From contig NC_057718.1 of NCBI RefSeq assembly GCF_004010195.1, forward strand, positions 62,542,311 through 62,606,310: 64,000 nucleotides of DNA. The letters are read 5' to 3'. Below are positions 37,536 to 50,422 of the stretch, piece by piece. Each line of letters opens with the position of its first letter. Position 1 is the stretch's first letter. The notes under the pieces are model-generated. The model made no database searches. It was not told the DNA's origin and saw nothing but the letters and a program-made list of their open reading frames with translations. Both the position numbers and the translations under genes were made by a program. This DNA comes from Chiloscyllium plagiosum. Taxonomy: Eukaryota.

Positions 37536-39607
37536 TTCTATGTTTCCGTAAGGTCACCAGTCATTCTTCTAAACTTCAGTGAAGACAGGCCTGACTGCTT
37601 CAACCTTTTCTCATTTTGCAACCTGTTCATTTTTAGAACAAACTTGCTGAACCTTCTCTGAAGTGCGCTTCAGTGCAAATACATTCCTCCTTAAGTGGTG
37701 TAGTCTCACCAATCCCTTATACAATTGCAACAAAACTTCCTGACTTTTATAGTTCCTTCTCTTTCTAGTAAGGCTAAAATTCCTTTGGCTTCCCAGTTGC
37801 TTGCTGTACCTGGATGCTAACTTCAGTGATTAAAGTGCAAAGACACCCAGATCTCTCTGTGCCACAGCATTCGGTAGGTCTTTCTCCATTTGGAATAGAA
37901 AGTCGGAATATATTTGTTCTGTCAAAGTGGACAACTGCATATTTTCATTTATGTTGCACTCCACCTTCCCCCACTCACATAACATACTTTTATGCAGAAT
38001 TTTTTTCTGTTGTCACACAACTTGCTTTCTTACCTATATTTCCATCAGTCTCAAATTTGGCTCCAGTATACTCGATCCCTTTATCCATGTCATTAATATT
38101 GTTTATAAATAGATGAGATCCCAGAACTGATCTGTGTGGCACTTTTGTTAGATTTATTATTTTACATTTGAGAATGAGTGTTTCACCAATTGCCCTTGAG
38201 AAGGGGCTGGTGAGTTGCCTCCTTAAATGAATGCAGTTCATTTGATAAGTACATCTACAAGGATATTAGGGAGGGAATTCCAGGATTTTGCCCCAGCATT
38301 AGTAAAGGAACATGGATATGTTTTAAAGTCATGATGATGAGTAGCATGGAGGGGAACTTGCAGGTGGTGGTGTCCCATATATTTGTAGCCCCTTGTCCTT
38401 TAAGATGATTGTGATTGTGAATTGTGTTGTCTCAGGAGTCTTGTTGAGTTTTTGCCATGCATCTTACAGATGGTACACATTAATGATACTGTGCATCCCT
38501 GTTGGAGAGAGTGAATGCTTGTGAATGAGCTGCCAATCAAGTGGACTGCTTTGTTCTGGATGGTGTCAAGTTTCTTAAGTGTTGTTGGAGCTGCAGAGAT
38601 CTAATTACATGGGGAGTATTCCTTCACACTCTTGACCATGACCTGCTCTTATACTTACAGTAGTGCAGTTCAGTTCAGGTTGCAACCCAGGACATTGATA
38701 GTGGAGGATTTAGCAATGACATTGCCATTTACAATTACAGTTTATCATCCTGAAAATGACACAATTATTTAACTCTGTTTTCTGCTGGCTAACCAGCCCT
38801 CTGTCCATGCTGATCTATTTTCCCCTAATATTGTCAGTTCTTCTGAAGTCCTGTTGGAACTTCATTCACTCATTTTCTCAATGACAGATTGGCTGACTGG
38901 CCAATAGTTCCCTGATTTATGTCTCCCTCCCTTCTTGAACATAGATGTGGCATTTTCAGTTTTCCAGTCTTCTGGGATCTTTTCAGAAGCTGGGGAACTT
39001 TGATTTGTTACAATCAATGCATCTGCTGTCTGTGCTGCTATTTCCTTTAAGATCATAGGATGCTGCCGATCAGGGACGTATCAACCCTTAGTTCCCTTAG
39101 TTTTCTAAGTACTTTTTCTCAGATAATAATTACTGTTAAATTCCTCTCTTCCTTTGTATATTCCTTTTCTATTATATAGGGATGCTGTCCAATAAACAGA
39201 TTTAGAAAGTACTTGTTCAAAACCTCTACCATTTCCTGTGTTTCCCATTATTAATTCTCCACTCTGATCTTCTAAGAGGCCAATGCTGAATTTGACTGCT
39301 TTCTTCCTTTTTATATACTTGTGGAAGCTCTTCCTCATTTATTTTCGTACTTTAATTTTTCTCTCTTTAGGTCCTTTGCTGATTCTCTAGATCTTTTGTC
39401 CAAACACAATTTTCACAACTTTGTATGCCCTATCTTTCAGTTTGATGCTATCGTTAACCTTTTAGCCACCAATAGTAATCCTTCTCATAGAGACTATCTC
39501 AATGTAATTTATGTTTGTTGGAAATTATTAAATATCTCCTTGAATGTCTGCCACCACTTTTTCACCATCTTACCTCAACCTATTTTCCCAGTCTCAGTTC
39601 CTAGTTC

Positions 39608-40597
39608 CTGACCCACAGACCACAATCAGTGAAGATTAGGGACAGTATTTCATCCTCACTAACACTCAACACTGGAGTCCCCCAGGGATGCGTACTCCGC
39701 TCCATACTGTATCCGCTGTATACCTATGACTGCAACGCCAAATACCAGACTAATGCAATTTACAAGTTCACAGATGACACCACCATACTCAATCGAATCT
39801 CAGATGGTGACAAAACAGGCTACAGACAGGAGGTGGAAAACCTGGAAAAATGATGCACTGAGAACAACCTAACTCTCAATGCTGGCAAAACCAAGGAACT
39901 CATTATTGATTTTGGGTGGGATGTTACTCATGGCCCCCTACACATTAACAGCACAGTGGTGGAACAAATGGAGAGTGTCAAGCTCCTGCGAGTGGTCAAC
40001 AACAACAAGCTTTCTCGGATTCTTCATGTGGACGCATCAGTTACAAAGGCCCAACAATGTCTCCTCTTCTTCAGGCAGCTGAGAAAATTTGGCAGGATGG
40101 CGAATACCCTTGCCAACTTCTTTAGGTGTTCCATTGAGAGCATTCTGTCTGGATGTATCACTACCTGGTATGTACCATTCAAGATCTGAGATGGTTACAG
40201 AGAATGCTGAACTCGGCCCAGGTAATCACAAAGGCCAGTCTCCCATCTGTAGAATCCATCTAGCAGGCCTGATGTTGAGGAAAAGCCACCAGTATTCTCA
40301 AAGATCCATCCCACCAATGCTTTTCTACAACCTCCACCAACAGGGAGAAGGTACAGAAGCCTGAACATGTGCACCAGCCAGTTTCGAAACCGTTTGTACC
40401 CTACTATTGTTAGAATACTGAATAGACTCAAACTCTTAACATTCCCCTGTACCTGTGTTTTTGTTTTGCTGCTGTTTACCTATTATTTATTTATCTATGC
40501 TATGTAACTCTATGATCTACCTGTATTGCTCGAAAGACAAAGCTTTTCACTGTGCCTCGGTACACGTGACAATAAATTCAATTCCATTCAATTCAGT
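39608..40597 (+). mobile_element. Rex1/Babar-type LINE, 5'-truncated
   Basis: LTLNTGVPQGCVL..LY.LYTYDC, IYKFTDDTT, KAQQCL.F.RQLRKF, IESILSGCITTWY; (attca)n tail. Confidence 0.8.
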
Positions 40598-41192
40598 CAA
40601 TTGTAGCAAACTCTGTCATGCCCTTGAAGTTAAAGACACCAGTTTCTAGTCTACATTTTTCACTTTCAAACTGAATGTGAAATTCTATCATGCTCTGATC
40701 ACTCTTGCCTAGACAACCTTTACAATGAGATAATTAATTATCCTAATTCAAGACAGGCTATCAGATCTAAAAAAAGCCTATTCCTTTTTTAGTTGCAGAA
40801 ACTGTGCCAAGTATATTCTATGATCTTTGTCAAACAAGCTTGCCAACTTGATTTGTCAAATCTCTATAAATATTAAAATCACCCACAATTACAGCAGTAT
40901 CTTTTTCACAAGCCCTACATTACATCTTATTTTATACTCTATCCAAAATGTAGGTATAATTGAGAGTCTATATTGCCACCAGTGCACTCTTTTCCTCATT
41001 TCAACTTAAATTGATGCCACATCTTGATGTTCCAAGTGAAGGTAATTTCTCAGTACTAGACTGGTCTTATCCTTTATTGACCAAGTTCCCTACTACTTTT
41101 TCCCTTCTTCCTATCTTTCTAAAGTGTCAGATATCTTTGTGTATTCAGTTCCCAGCTTTTGTCTTGCAAACAACCATGTCTATGCAATGACT

Positions 41193-41286
41193 AAGTTAAA
41201 AATCACACAACACCAGGTTATAGTCCAACAGGTTTAATTGGAAGCTTTAGCTTTTGGAGCACTGCTCCTTCATCAGGTAGTTGTGA
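41193..41286 (-). mobile_element. PLE terminal repeat (third family) with hammerhead motif at 41248-41276
   Basis: Reverse strand CTGATGA-A-GGAGC-AGT-GCTCC-AAAA-GCTA. Confidence 0.7.
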
Positions 41287-41539
41287 TACAATGATGGCAC
41301 AAACTGAAACTAATATTTATGAAAGTCTAGTCATTGCATAATTTGGAGGTACCGGTGTTGGACTGGTGTGTACAAAATTAAAAAAATACCTCAGGTGGGA
41401 CTAAATTGGGTTGGGATAACTGGTTGGCACGGTTGCGTTGGACCGAAGGGTCTGTTTCCATGCTGTACATCTCTATGACTCTATAACTGCCCAACCTATA
41501 TGTGATGCAAACTTCAAAGCATTATGAACCTGAACTCCT

Positions 41540-44500
41540 CAGTATCTGTTCTTCAACACTCCCAAGGCCTACTTTTAATTGTATAATTCTTGACTTTATT
41601 TGTCTTACCAAAATGCAATAACTCCATCTGGCACTCTTCAGTCCATTGACTTAATTGATCAAAATCTCTTTTTAATCTTTGAAAACATTTTTCATTGCCC
41701 ACTATATCACCAATCTTGATGTCATCTACAAGCTTACTAACCATGCCTTCTATATTGTCATCCAAATCATTTATATAAATGACAAACAAAAGTGGGCCCA
41801 GCATCAATCCATGTGGAACACCATTGGTCACAGGCCTCCAGACCAAAGAACAACTCTCTACCATCACTCTTTGTCTCCTGCCATTAAGTAAATTTTGTAT
41901 CCACTTGGCAAATTCACTCTGAATTCCACGTTATCTAATTTTACTAATTAGTCCACCATGCGGAACCTAATCAAAGGCTGTACTAAAGTCCAAGAAAACA
42001 ATGTCTACCACTCTGCATTCATCAATCTTGTTGGTTACTTCCTCAAAAAATTCAAACAAGTTTGTGAGATACAATTTACCTTGCACAAAACCATGCTGAT
42101 TATTCCTAATTATTCTTTGCCTCTCCAACTGTGAATAAATTCCTATCTTTAAGAATCACTTCCAACAACTTACTCATCACCAAAGTCAGATCCAAGGTCT
42201 ATAGCTCCCAGGCTTCTCGTTACATCCCTTCTTAAACAAAGGCACAACATCAACCAGTCTCCAGTCATTCAGCATCTTACCATATTAGATGATACAAATA
42301 TTCTGCAAGGGGCCCCGTAATTTTCTCCCTAACTTCCCACAACATCCTGGGATACACTAGATCAAATGTCGGAGATTTATCCACCTTTTCAATTTTGTAA
42401 GACCTTCTGCACTTCCTCATCTGTAATGTGTACTGTTTTAGAAACATCAATATTTATTTATCTGAGTTCTCCATTTATTTCTCCACGGTAAAAACTGACA
42501 TGAAATATTCTTTTATATCTGTCCCATCTCCTGAGGTTCAACATAGAGACAATCTTCTTGATCTTTAAGAAATGTGTCAGCCATGATTGAATGGCAGAGC
42601 AGACTTGATGAGCTGAATGGCCTAATTTCTGCCTTATGTCTTATGGTCACTCCTGTCAAGGGCACAGACAGGAAATTCTGTCTCTGTCTCTAGGTGTTCT
42701 CTTGCTCTTAATGTACCTGCAGAACCTCATTGGATTATTCTTAATCTTATTTGCCAAGGCCCTCACACATCTTCTGTATGCTTTCCTGATTCCCTCTTAA
42801 GAATGCCCCTACAATTTTTATTCTGTTCATGACATTCGTTTGAACCCAGTTGTTTAAAGAATAATAATATTTTGTGTATATTCTAGATTAGAGCCTCAAT
42901 ACCTTTATTCACCAATTGTTCTCTAATACTGGCAGCCTTATCTTTTCACTCTAACAGGAACACAATGACTCTGAACTCTTGTTATCACACTTTTGAAAGC
43001 CTCCCATTTATTAGATTCCATTTACCTGTGAACAGTCTCCTGCAATCAATTTTTGAAAGTTCTTGCCCAGTAAAATTTGCCTTTCTCCAATTAAAACCTT
43101 TATTATGGAAGACTTTTTCTTTTCCATAACTATTTTAAATCAAATAGAATAATGATCACTGGACCCAAAGTGTTCCCCTACTATCACTTCAGTCACTTCT
43201 CCTGTTTTATTCTCCTGTTTTGCTCTTTCTCTAGTCTACATATCAATAAAGAAAATGTTCTTGAATACATTAAACAGATTCTTCACCATCCAAACATTTA
43301 ACACCATGGTAGTCCCAGTCAATGTTTGGAAAATGAAAATCACCTATTATTACAAGGTTATTATTCTTACATATATCTGAGATCTCTTCGCATATTTGAC
43401 TCCCAATTTCCCTATTTACTGGAGGGGGTGTATAGCTCAGTCCCATCAAAGTGATGATTCTTTTTTATTTCTAATTTTAACTAAATGATTTTTCAGAAAT
43501 CTTTTTAGTTACAGCAGTAATGTTTTCCTTAATCAAAAACGCCACACCCCATCCTCTTTTGCTTCTTTTTCTATCCTTCCTGTAGCACCTGAAACCCAGA
43601 ACGTTGAGCTGCCAGTCCTGTTCATCCCTCAGTCAAGTTTCTGTAATAGCTATGATGTCCCAATCCATGTTTTTAAACGTGCACTGAGTTCATCAGCCTT
43701 ATTTGCAAGACCTCTTGCATTGAAATAAATGCAGTTTAATTCTTCAGAGTTGCATTGTTCCCTGACTTGCTCCTGTCTGCCTTTTCTAATTAACTTGTTC
43801 TTTCCGATTCAAAACCATCCTCATTTATCATCCTACCTACTCTGCTATTTAGAATTCCATCACTCCCTCTCTAACAGTCTACCGTCTCCCTTGTGGGGGG
43901 CACGGTGGCACAGTGGTTAGCACTGCTGCCTCACAGCGCTAGAGACCCGGGTTCAAATCCTGCCTCAGGCGACTGACTGTGTGGAGTTTGCATATTCTCC
44001 CTGTGTCTGCATGGGTTTCCTCCGGGTGCTCCGGTTTCCTCCAACAGTCCAAAGATGTGCAGGTCAGGTGAATTGGCCATGCTAAATTGCCCGTAGTGTT
44101 AGGTGAAGGGGTAAGTGTAGGGGTATGGGTGAGTTGCGCTTCGGCAGGTCGGTGGGGACTTGTTGGGCAGAAGGTAATCTAATCTAATCGAATCTAATGG
44201 AATTTACAAATCTTCCTACTAGGATATTGGTTCGTCCCCAGTACAGATGAAACCCATCCTTTTTGAACAGATCCGAATGATCCAAGAACCTGAATCCCTG
44301 AACAATATGCCAGCTGTTTATCTCCTTTATCCTTTTATTAGTTCCCTGTTTTGAGCTTTGCACCGGGAGTAAACCAGAGATTACTACTTTTGATGTTCTG
44401 TTTTTTAATCTTCTACCTAACCTCTTTTATTCACTCTGTAAAGCCTTCATCTTTCCCTGACTATGTCTTTCCTACCAATGTGTATAATAACTTCTGGCTT

Positions 44501-44625
44501 CTAACTTTCTCCTTTAACAACATGCTTAAAATGTTATGAGACATCCTTAATTCTGTCACCAGGAAAGCAACATATTATCCTACATTCATACTCTCTGCCA
44601 CAGAATTTCCTGTCTGTGCCCTTGA
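41540..44625 (-). mobile_element. Long decayed CR1-type LINE (endonuclease to RT)
   Basis: NGVPHGLMLGPLLFVIYINDLD, QHGFVQG; interrupted by a SINE at 43894 and an insert at 42568. Confidence 0.85.
43894..44197 (+). mobile_element. Full-length HE1/V-SINE-type tRNA-derived SINE
   Basis: A box TGGCACAGTGG, B box GGTTCAAATCC, V-domain-like core, (taatc)n tail. Confidence 0.92.
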
Positions 44626-44635
44626 CAGGAGAGAT

Positions 44636-45045
44636 CATAAGATATAGGAACAGAAATTAGGCCATTCAGCCCATCGAGTCTGCTCTGGCATTCAATCATG
44701 GCTGACAACTTTCTCAACCCCATTCTCCCCATAACCCTTGATCCCTTTGATAATCAAGAACCTATCTATTTCCATCTTAAATATACTTAATGACCTGGCT
44801 TCCACAGCCTTCTGTGGCAATGAATTCCATAGATTCATCCCTCTCTGGCTGAAGAAGTTTCTCCTTATCTCTGTTCTAAAAGGTGTTCCCTTTACTCTGA
44901 GGCTGTGCCCTCGGATCCTAGTCTCTCCTACCAATGGAAACATCTTCCCGATACCCACTCTGTCCAGGTCATTCAGTATTCTGAGGGTTTCAATTAGATT
45001 CCCCCTTATATTTCTAAATTCTGAGTATAGGGCCACACTCCTCAA
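44636..45045 (-). mobile_element. CR1-type LINE 3' end
   Basis: LYSEFRNIRGNLIETLRIL, RRNFFSQRGMNLWNSLP. Confidence 0.88.
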
Positions 45046-45599
45046 TGCTACCTATAGTGTTGCTTTCTCATTAATATTATAAATCTTAACTCCATTGAAT
45101 CCTCCCCCACACTATTTAATTTCAAGCTATTTCTTCAGCCTGGTTCTGCAATTTGCCAGCGCACTGGCCCTAGCAAAGTTCAAGTGAAGGCTGTTCAAAT
45201 ATGACAAATCTCTCTCTTTCCCAAATTCCATTTGTTCCACACCATTCTGAGCAACACATTCAATTAATTGATCTATTTTACCTTATGCTGAGTCTCAGGT
45301 AATTATCCAGTGATTATTACCTTTGTGGTTTTAATGGTTTTTGGTTATTTGTTTTAGTCCCTAGCTGTTCATTATCCTTCAGCAGGAGTTCTTTGTTAGT
45401 TATATCTATGTCATTGGTATTCACACAGATCATGACAGTTAAATCCATTCCAGTCACCTCCCAATCCAAATTCCTTTCCAGCCCAAGGAGATGTCCTTAA
45501 CCTTGGCACTGGGCAGACAATCAGGAGAGGCAGCTGAGTGGCTCAGTGGTTAGCACTGCTGCCTCAAAGTAGGGATCCAAACTTGGGTGACTGGCTGTA

Positions 45600-46190
45600 T
45601 GGAGTCATACAGCATAGAAATGGACCCTTTGGTCCAACCAGTCCATGTTGAACATAATCCCAAACTAAACTAGTCACACCTGCCTGCTCCTGGCCCATGT
45701 CCCTCCAATTGCCTATTGATATACTTATCCAAATGTCTTTTAAATGTTGTAATTGTGCCCACATCCACCACTTCCTCAGGAAGTGCATTCCACAAGCGAA
45801 CCACCCTCTGTGTAAATAGTTTGTCTCATGTCTTTTTTAAATCTCTTTCTTCAAAAATGTGCCCCTTATTCTCAAAATCCCTCATTTTAGGGAAAAAAAT
45901 AACTGCCATTTAACCATATCTTTTCCTCATTATTTTATAAAATTCTATCAGATCACCTCTCAACTTCCTATACTCCATTGAAAAATTCCCAGCCTATTCA
46001 GCCTTTCTTCATAACTCAAACCTTCCATACCTGGCAACATCCTGGTAAATCTCTCCTGAACCCTCTGTAGCTTAATAATATGCTTCCTATAACTGGACGA
46101 GCATAACTGGATACAGTATTCCAGAAGAGGCCTCATCAATATCCTGCATAATCTGCACATTACTTCCAAACTCCTATACTCAAAGGACTG
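45600..46190 (-). mobile_element. CR1-type LINE 3' end
   Basis: RPLLEYCIQ, RVQERFTRMLPGMEGLSYEERL. Confidence 0.88.
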
Positions 46191-46559
46191 AGTGCTCTCT
46201 TCACATTCAGAATCTTCCCCATCAATTCTTTCATTTACACTGCTACTTAGAATTCTTTCTATCATTATAAAGTCTCCCTTAATGGACTGAGCAAAGTTCT
46301 CAGTAATGATTGCCATTGCTGACCCATTACAGTGACTTATCACTCAGACTCTAGCACATAAAATTTAGTCTGGATTTCCTCATGATGCAGACACTTTGGG
46401 AGTATTTTGTGCTTCAAAGTGAAAATTGAACAGCACAGTATAAATTCCCAACTTTTAAAAAGCATGTTATAGCACAGAATTACTGAAGGGTTGGCATTGT
46501 TAATAAAGGATGGCATTTGTGCAACAGATTTGTGAAACTGACCTTTGTTCAGGATATAG

Positions 46560-47760
46560 AATTGCTTTGGGTGGAGATGAAGAAAGAAATCAGGACATAG
46601 AGTGATCTGCAGCCTCCACAAACAGTAACGACAATGTAGGACAAAACAAACAAGAAGAAATATTGGGTCTGAAAAAAAAATGTAATAATCGGAAGTGGCA
46701 TCTAACAGCAAACGGAAAAAAAAGTAGATAATGCAAACTATCAGCTGGAAAAATCACATTGGCATTCGTAGAACAGGAGTACATAGAATGCATTCAAGGT
46801 AGTTTCTATAGCAGAACATTCTACAACTGACTAAAGAGCAGAATATGTTAGATTTGGTATTGTGTAATGCGACAAGAGTAATTAATTAACTAGGATAAAG
46901 GTTCCCCTAGGTAGTGATGACTGCAATATGATTGAAGTTTTCATCTAATTCCAAAGGGAGGGGATTAGATTTGGTATCTTAACCTAACTAAGAGTAATTA
47001 TTTCCACGTGAAAGCTGAGCTAGCTGAAGTAAACTGGGATACTAGGCTAGGCGATGGGTCAATAGAGTCGCAGAGGTAGATATTCAAGAGGATAATTCCG
47101 AATGCCCAGAATCAGTATAATCCTATTATAAAGTAAAGAAGTTTAAAAGAAATGCCTACCATCTGTAGTTAAAGAAGTTAAGCAAAGCATTAACCTCAGG
47201 AAAAACGTGCAGCTGTGTAAAAGTGCTCTATTCCTAATGAAGGGCTTTTGCCTGAAACGTTGATTTTCCTGCTCTTAGGATGCTGCCTGACCTGCTGTGC
47301 TTTTCCAGCACCACTCTAATCTGGACTCTGGTTTCCAGTATCTGCAGTGCTTGTTTTAAACCTGTGTAAAAGTAAGTGTCAGGTCAGATAATTGTTAGAA
47401 TGTAAAAAAATTACAGAGAGTGACTAAAAGCTTAATTAGGAGGAAGAAATTAGAGTATAAGAGGAAACTATGTAAAATAGGTAGCCAGAGTTTCTACAGT
47501 ATTTAAAAAAGAAAGAAGTACGTAAAGTGAATGATGATACTTTAGGGAGTGAAGATGGGGAATGACAGATTACGTGAACAAATAGTTTGCTTCAGTTCTC
47601 ACTGTAGAGGACACAAAAATAGTTCCTGTACCCGCTGCTAATCAGAAGGTGGAAGGGACAGAGTAACTTCATGGAATTGTGATCATGGGGCAGCAATACT
47701 AAGCAAACTTGTGGAGCTGTGGCGGACAAATCTGCAGGTCCAGATGTAAGACTATAAGAC
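46560..47760 (+). mobile_element. Old CR1-type LINE (endonuclease region)
   Basis: Degenerate LDLVLCN and LGSD.NMIE motifs. Confidence 0.6.
47229..47361 (+). mobile_element. PLE terminal-repeat monomer with 12-bp target duplication
   Basis: CTAATGA-A-GGGC-TTTT-GCCT-GAAACGTT; ctgtgtaaaagt at 47213 and 47362. Confidence 0.85.
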
Positions 47761-47774
47761 AAGGGAGCAGTATT

Positions 47775-47990
47775 AGGAGGAAATGAGGACGGCAAGTGCT
47801 GAAAAGGTCAGAGTCGAAAAGGGTGGTGCTGGAAAAGAACAGCAAGTCAGGAGGAGCAGGAGAATCAACGTTTCAGGCATGAGCCCTTTATAAGGAATGT
47901 GGAGGGGGAATGTGGATGAGAGGTGAATGGGGGGGGTGGGGTAGGGTTGGGGCTGGAGGGAAGCTAGGTGGCAAGGCAATAGGTGGGGAG
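47775..47990 (-). mobile_element. PLE terminal repeat, decayed
   Basis: aatcaacgtttcaggcatgagccc homologous to other copies. Confidence 0.75.
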
Positions 47991-48529
47991 TAATATTAGG
48001 CCATTCGGCCTATCAGGTCTGCTCTACCATTCAATAGTGGCTGTTATTTCATCCTCTGTTTACAAAAGTAGCTAATGAGCTAGCAGATATATTACTGTTC
48101 ATTTTAGCCACAGAAAATGTTAATAAAGGAACTATAAAAAACAAAGAATGAACTGGCTTTGACTGTTTTTCATGTAGAGACAACCTTGCTTTGGAAGGCG
48201 TTGGACTGGGCCTGTATTTGGTTTTGCTCCCTCTAGTTATTGACTTTTTATAATTTCTGAAAAAAGAATCCCAGTCTGTAAGAAATAAGAAGTCCCCAGA
48301 GATCTGTGGAAGCCATTTGCATTTACTGGTGATTTCAGCATTCAAAGCCCCCCCAGGATAAACAGTCCTCTAGGCCATAACACATTCCATCATTGAAGGA
48401 TTTCATGAAGGTCTGGTATTCACCATTTAAATGGTTATCGATCTGAAAAATTACAATTCTCTTCTTAAATTATCTCTGAATTATGTCTGTCTGTTGGTGT
48501 ATGAGTGGGGCTTCATATTCAAAGAAAAT

Positions 48530-49180
48530 CGGGCTTAGATCATAATCTTGATCAGATAGGCCAATGGGACTAGGAGTGGCAGATGGAGTTTAATGTGGGT
48601 GAGGTGCTGCATTTTGGAAAGGCAATTCAGGGCAGAACTTATACACTTAATGGTAAGGTCCTGGAGAGTGTTGCTGAACAAAGAGACCTTGGAGTGCAGG
48701 TTCATAGTGCCTTGAAAGTGGAGTCGCAAGTAGAAAGGATAGTGAAGGCAGCATTTGGTATGCTTTCCTTTATTGGTCAGTGCATTGACTATAGGGGTTG
48801 GGAGGTCATGATGCGGCTGTGCAGGACATTGGTTAGGTCACTTTTGGAATACTGCATGCAATTCTGGTCATCCTGCTATTGGAAGGATGTTAGAAAACTT
48901 GAGAGAGTTCAGAAAAGATTGGCAAGGATGTTGCCGGGAATGGAGGGCTTGAGCTATAAGAGAAAAGGCTGAGTGAGCTGGGCTATTCTCCCTGGAGGAT
49001 TTGAAGCTGTGGGGTGGCTTTTTAGAGGTTTACCAAATCATGCGGGATGTGGGTAAAATGAAAAGACAAGGTCTTTTTCCTGGGTAGGTGAGTCCAAACC
49101 TATAGAGGGTCCAGGTTTAAAGGACAAGGGGAAAGATTTACAAGGGACCTAAGGAGCAACCTTTTTATGCAGAGGGTGCT
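48530..49180 (+). mobile_element. CR1-type LINE 3' part
   Basis: ORF 48583-48972 (EVLHFGK, QRDLGVQVH, LEYCMQFWS). Confidence 0.9.
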
Positions 49181-49241
49181 GCACTTAAAATTTGTGGTCC
49201 CTCGATGTGAGTATGGCAGTCTGAATTATGAAACTGGCAGT

Positions 49242-49810
49242 TTAGATTAGATTACTTACAGTGTGGAAACAGGCCCTTCGGTCCAACAAGTCCACACCGA
49301 CTCTCCGAAGAGCAACCCACCCAGACCCACTCCCCTACATTTACCCCTTCACCTAACACTACTGGCAATTTAGCATGGCCAACTCACCTGACCTGCACAT
49401 CTTTGGGCTGTGGAAGGAAACCGGAGGAAACCCACGCAGACACGGGGAGAATGTGCAAACTCCACACAGAGTGTCCACACAGACAATTGCCTGAGACGGG
49501 AATTGAACCCAGATCTCTGGCGCTGTGAGGCAGCAGTGCTAACCGCTGTGCCACTGTGCAATTTTAGTTTTAGATTAGATTACATTACATTACAGTGTGG
49601 AAACAGGCCCTTCGGCCCAACAAGTCCACACCGACCCGCCGAAGTGCAACCCACCCATGACCCCTACATTTCTCCCTTACCCAACACTAAGAGCAATTTA
49701 GCATGGCCAATTCACCTGACCTGCACATCTTTGGACTGTGGGAGGAAACCGGAGCACCCGGAGGAAACCCACGCAGACACAGGGAGAACGTGCAAACTCC
49801 ACACAGTCAG
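49242..49810 (-). mobile_element. Two tandem HE1/V-SINE-type SINEs (49242-49557 full length, 49570-49810 truncated)
   Basis: A/B boxes on the minus strand at 49495-49555; both bodies match 43894-44197. Confidence 0.9.
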
Positions 49811-50389
49811 TAGTGTATAACTTTAAATGTAATCTCATGAAATTGACCAAAACAAACAAAAAGTTTTGCACTTTATGACTTGGTTTCTGAAACCTCAGGA
49901 TTAAACTTTTTACAGTTGTGCAATAAATTTGGCCCTCCGTTTATTATTTAGTTGTTGAGGTTTGGTTATTTAACTATATACCAAAAGATGACAATGTGTA
50001 ACGGCATGACTTAAGAGTAATTACATTGGAAGCACTTCAGGATATTAAATGTCTAATCACGCTTTACAAAGGCCTTATTTAAAGCTGTTAATTTGTCCAT
50101 GCAAAATGACTTCTGAAAAACATTTGGCAGAGAATGAAACTGGTTATTAGTTTTCTGGATCGCTTGTGAAAATGTTTCCAGCTCTAATTTAGCTTTTGTT
50201 CTTTAAAAACGTTCATTAAAGATTTATAAATCTTTTGAATGGATTGATGACCAAGACAGTAAAATTAGCTTGAATGCAAATAAGATCTACCTATTACAGA
50301 TTACATACACGTTTTGGATACCTTGTTGTTGTATTCCCTTATTTGATTTTTTTTGTTTGTTTCACGCTCTTTTTCTAACTATTTTGCAG

Positions 50390-50422
50390 TTTTCACTTTT
50401 GAAAAACTGGAACTTGCAGCTG
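50390..50422 (+). CDS. SANBR: SANBR 33-nt micro-exon, phase 0-0
   Basis: Long pyrimidine tract, ctaac branch-like motif, ttgcag acceptor, gtatgt donor. FSLLKNWNLQL vs recalled FLSLKNWTLQL. Confidence 0.9.

Noticed and set aside
43898..43970. tRNA gene
   Set aside because: The A and B boxes belong to a SINE head followed by the SINE body and tail; no complete cloverleaf.
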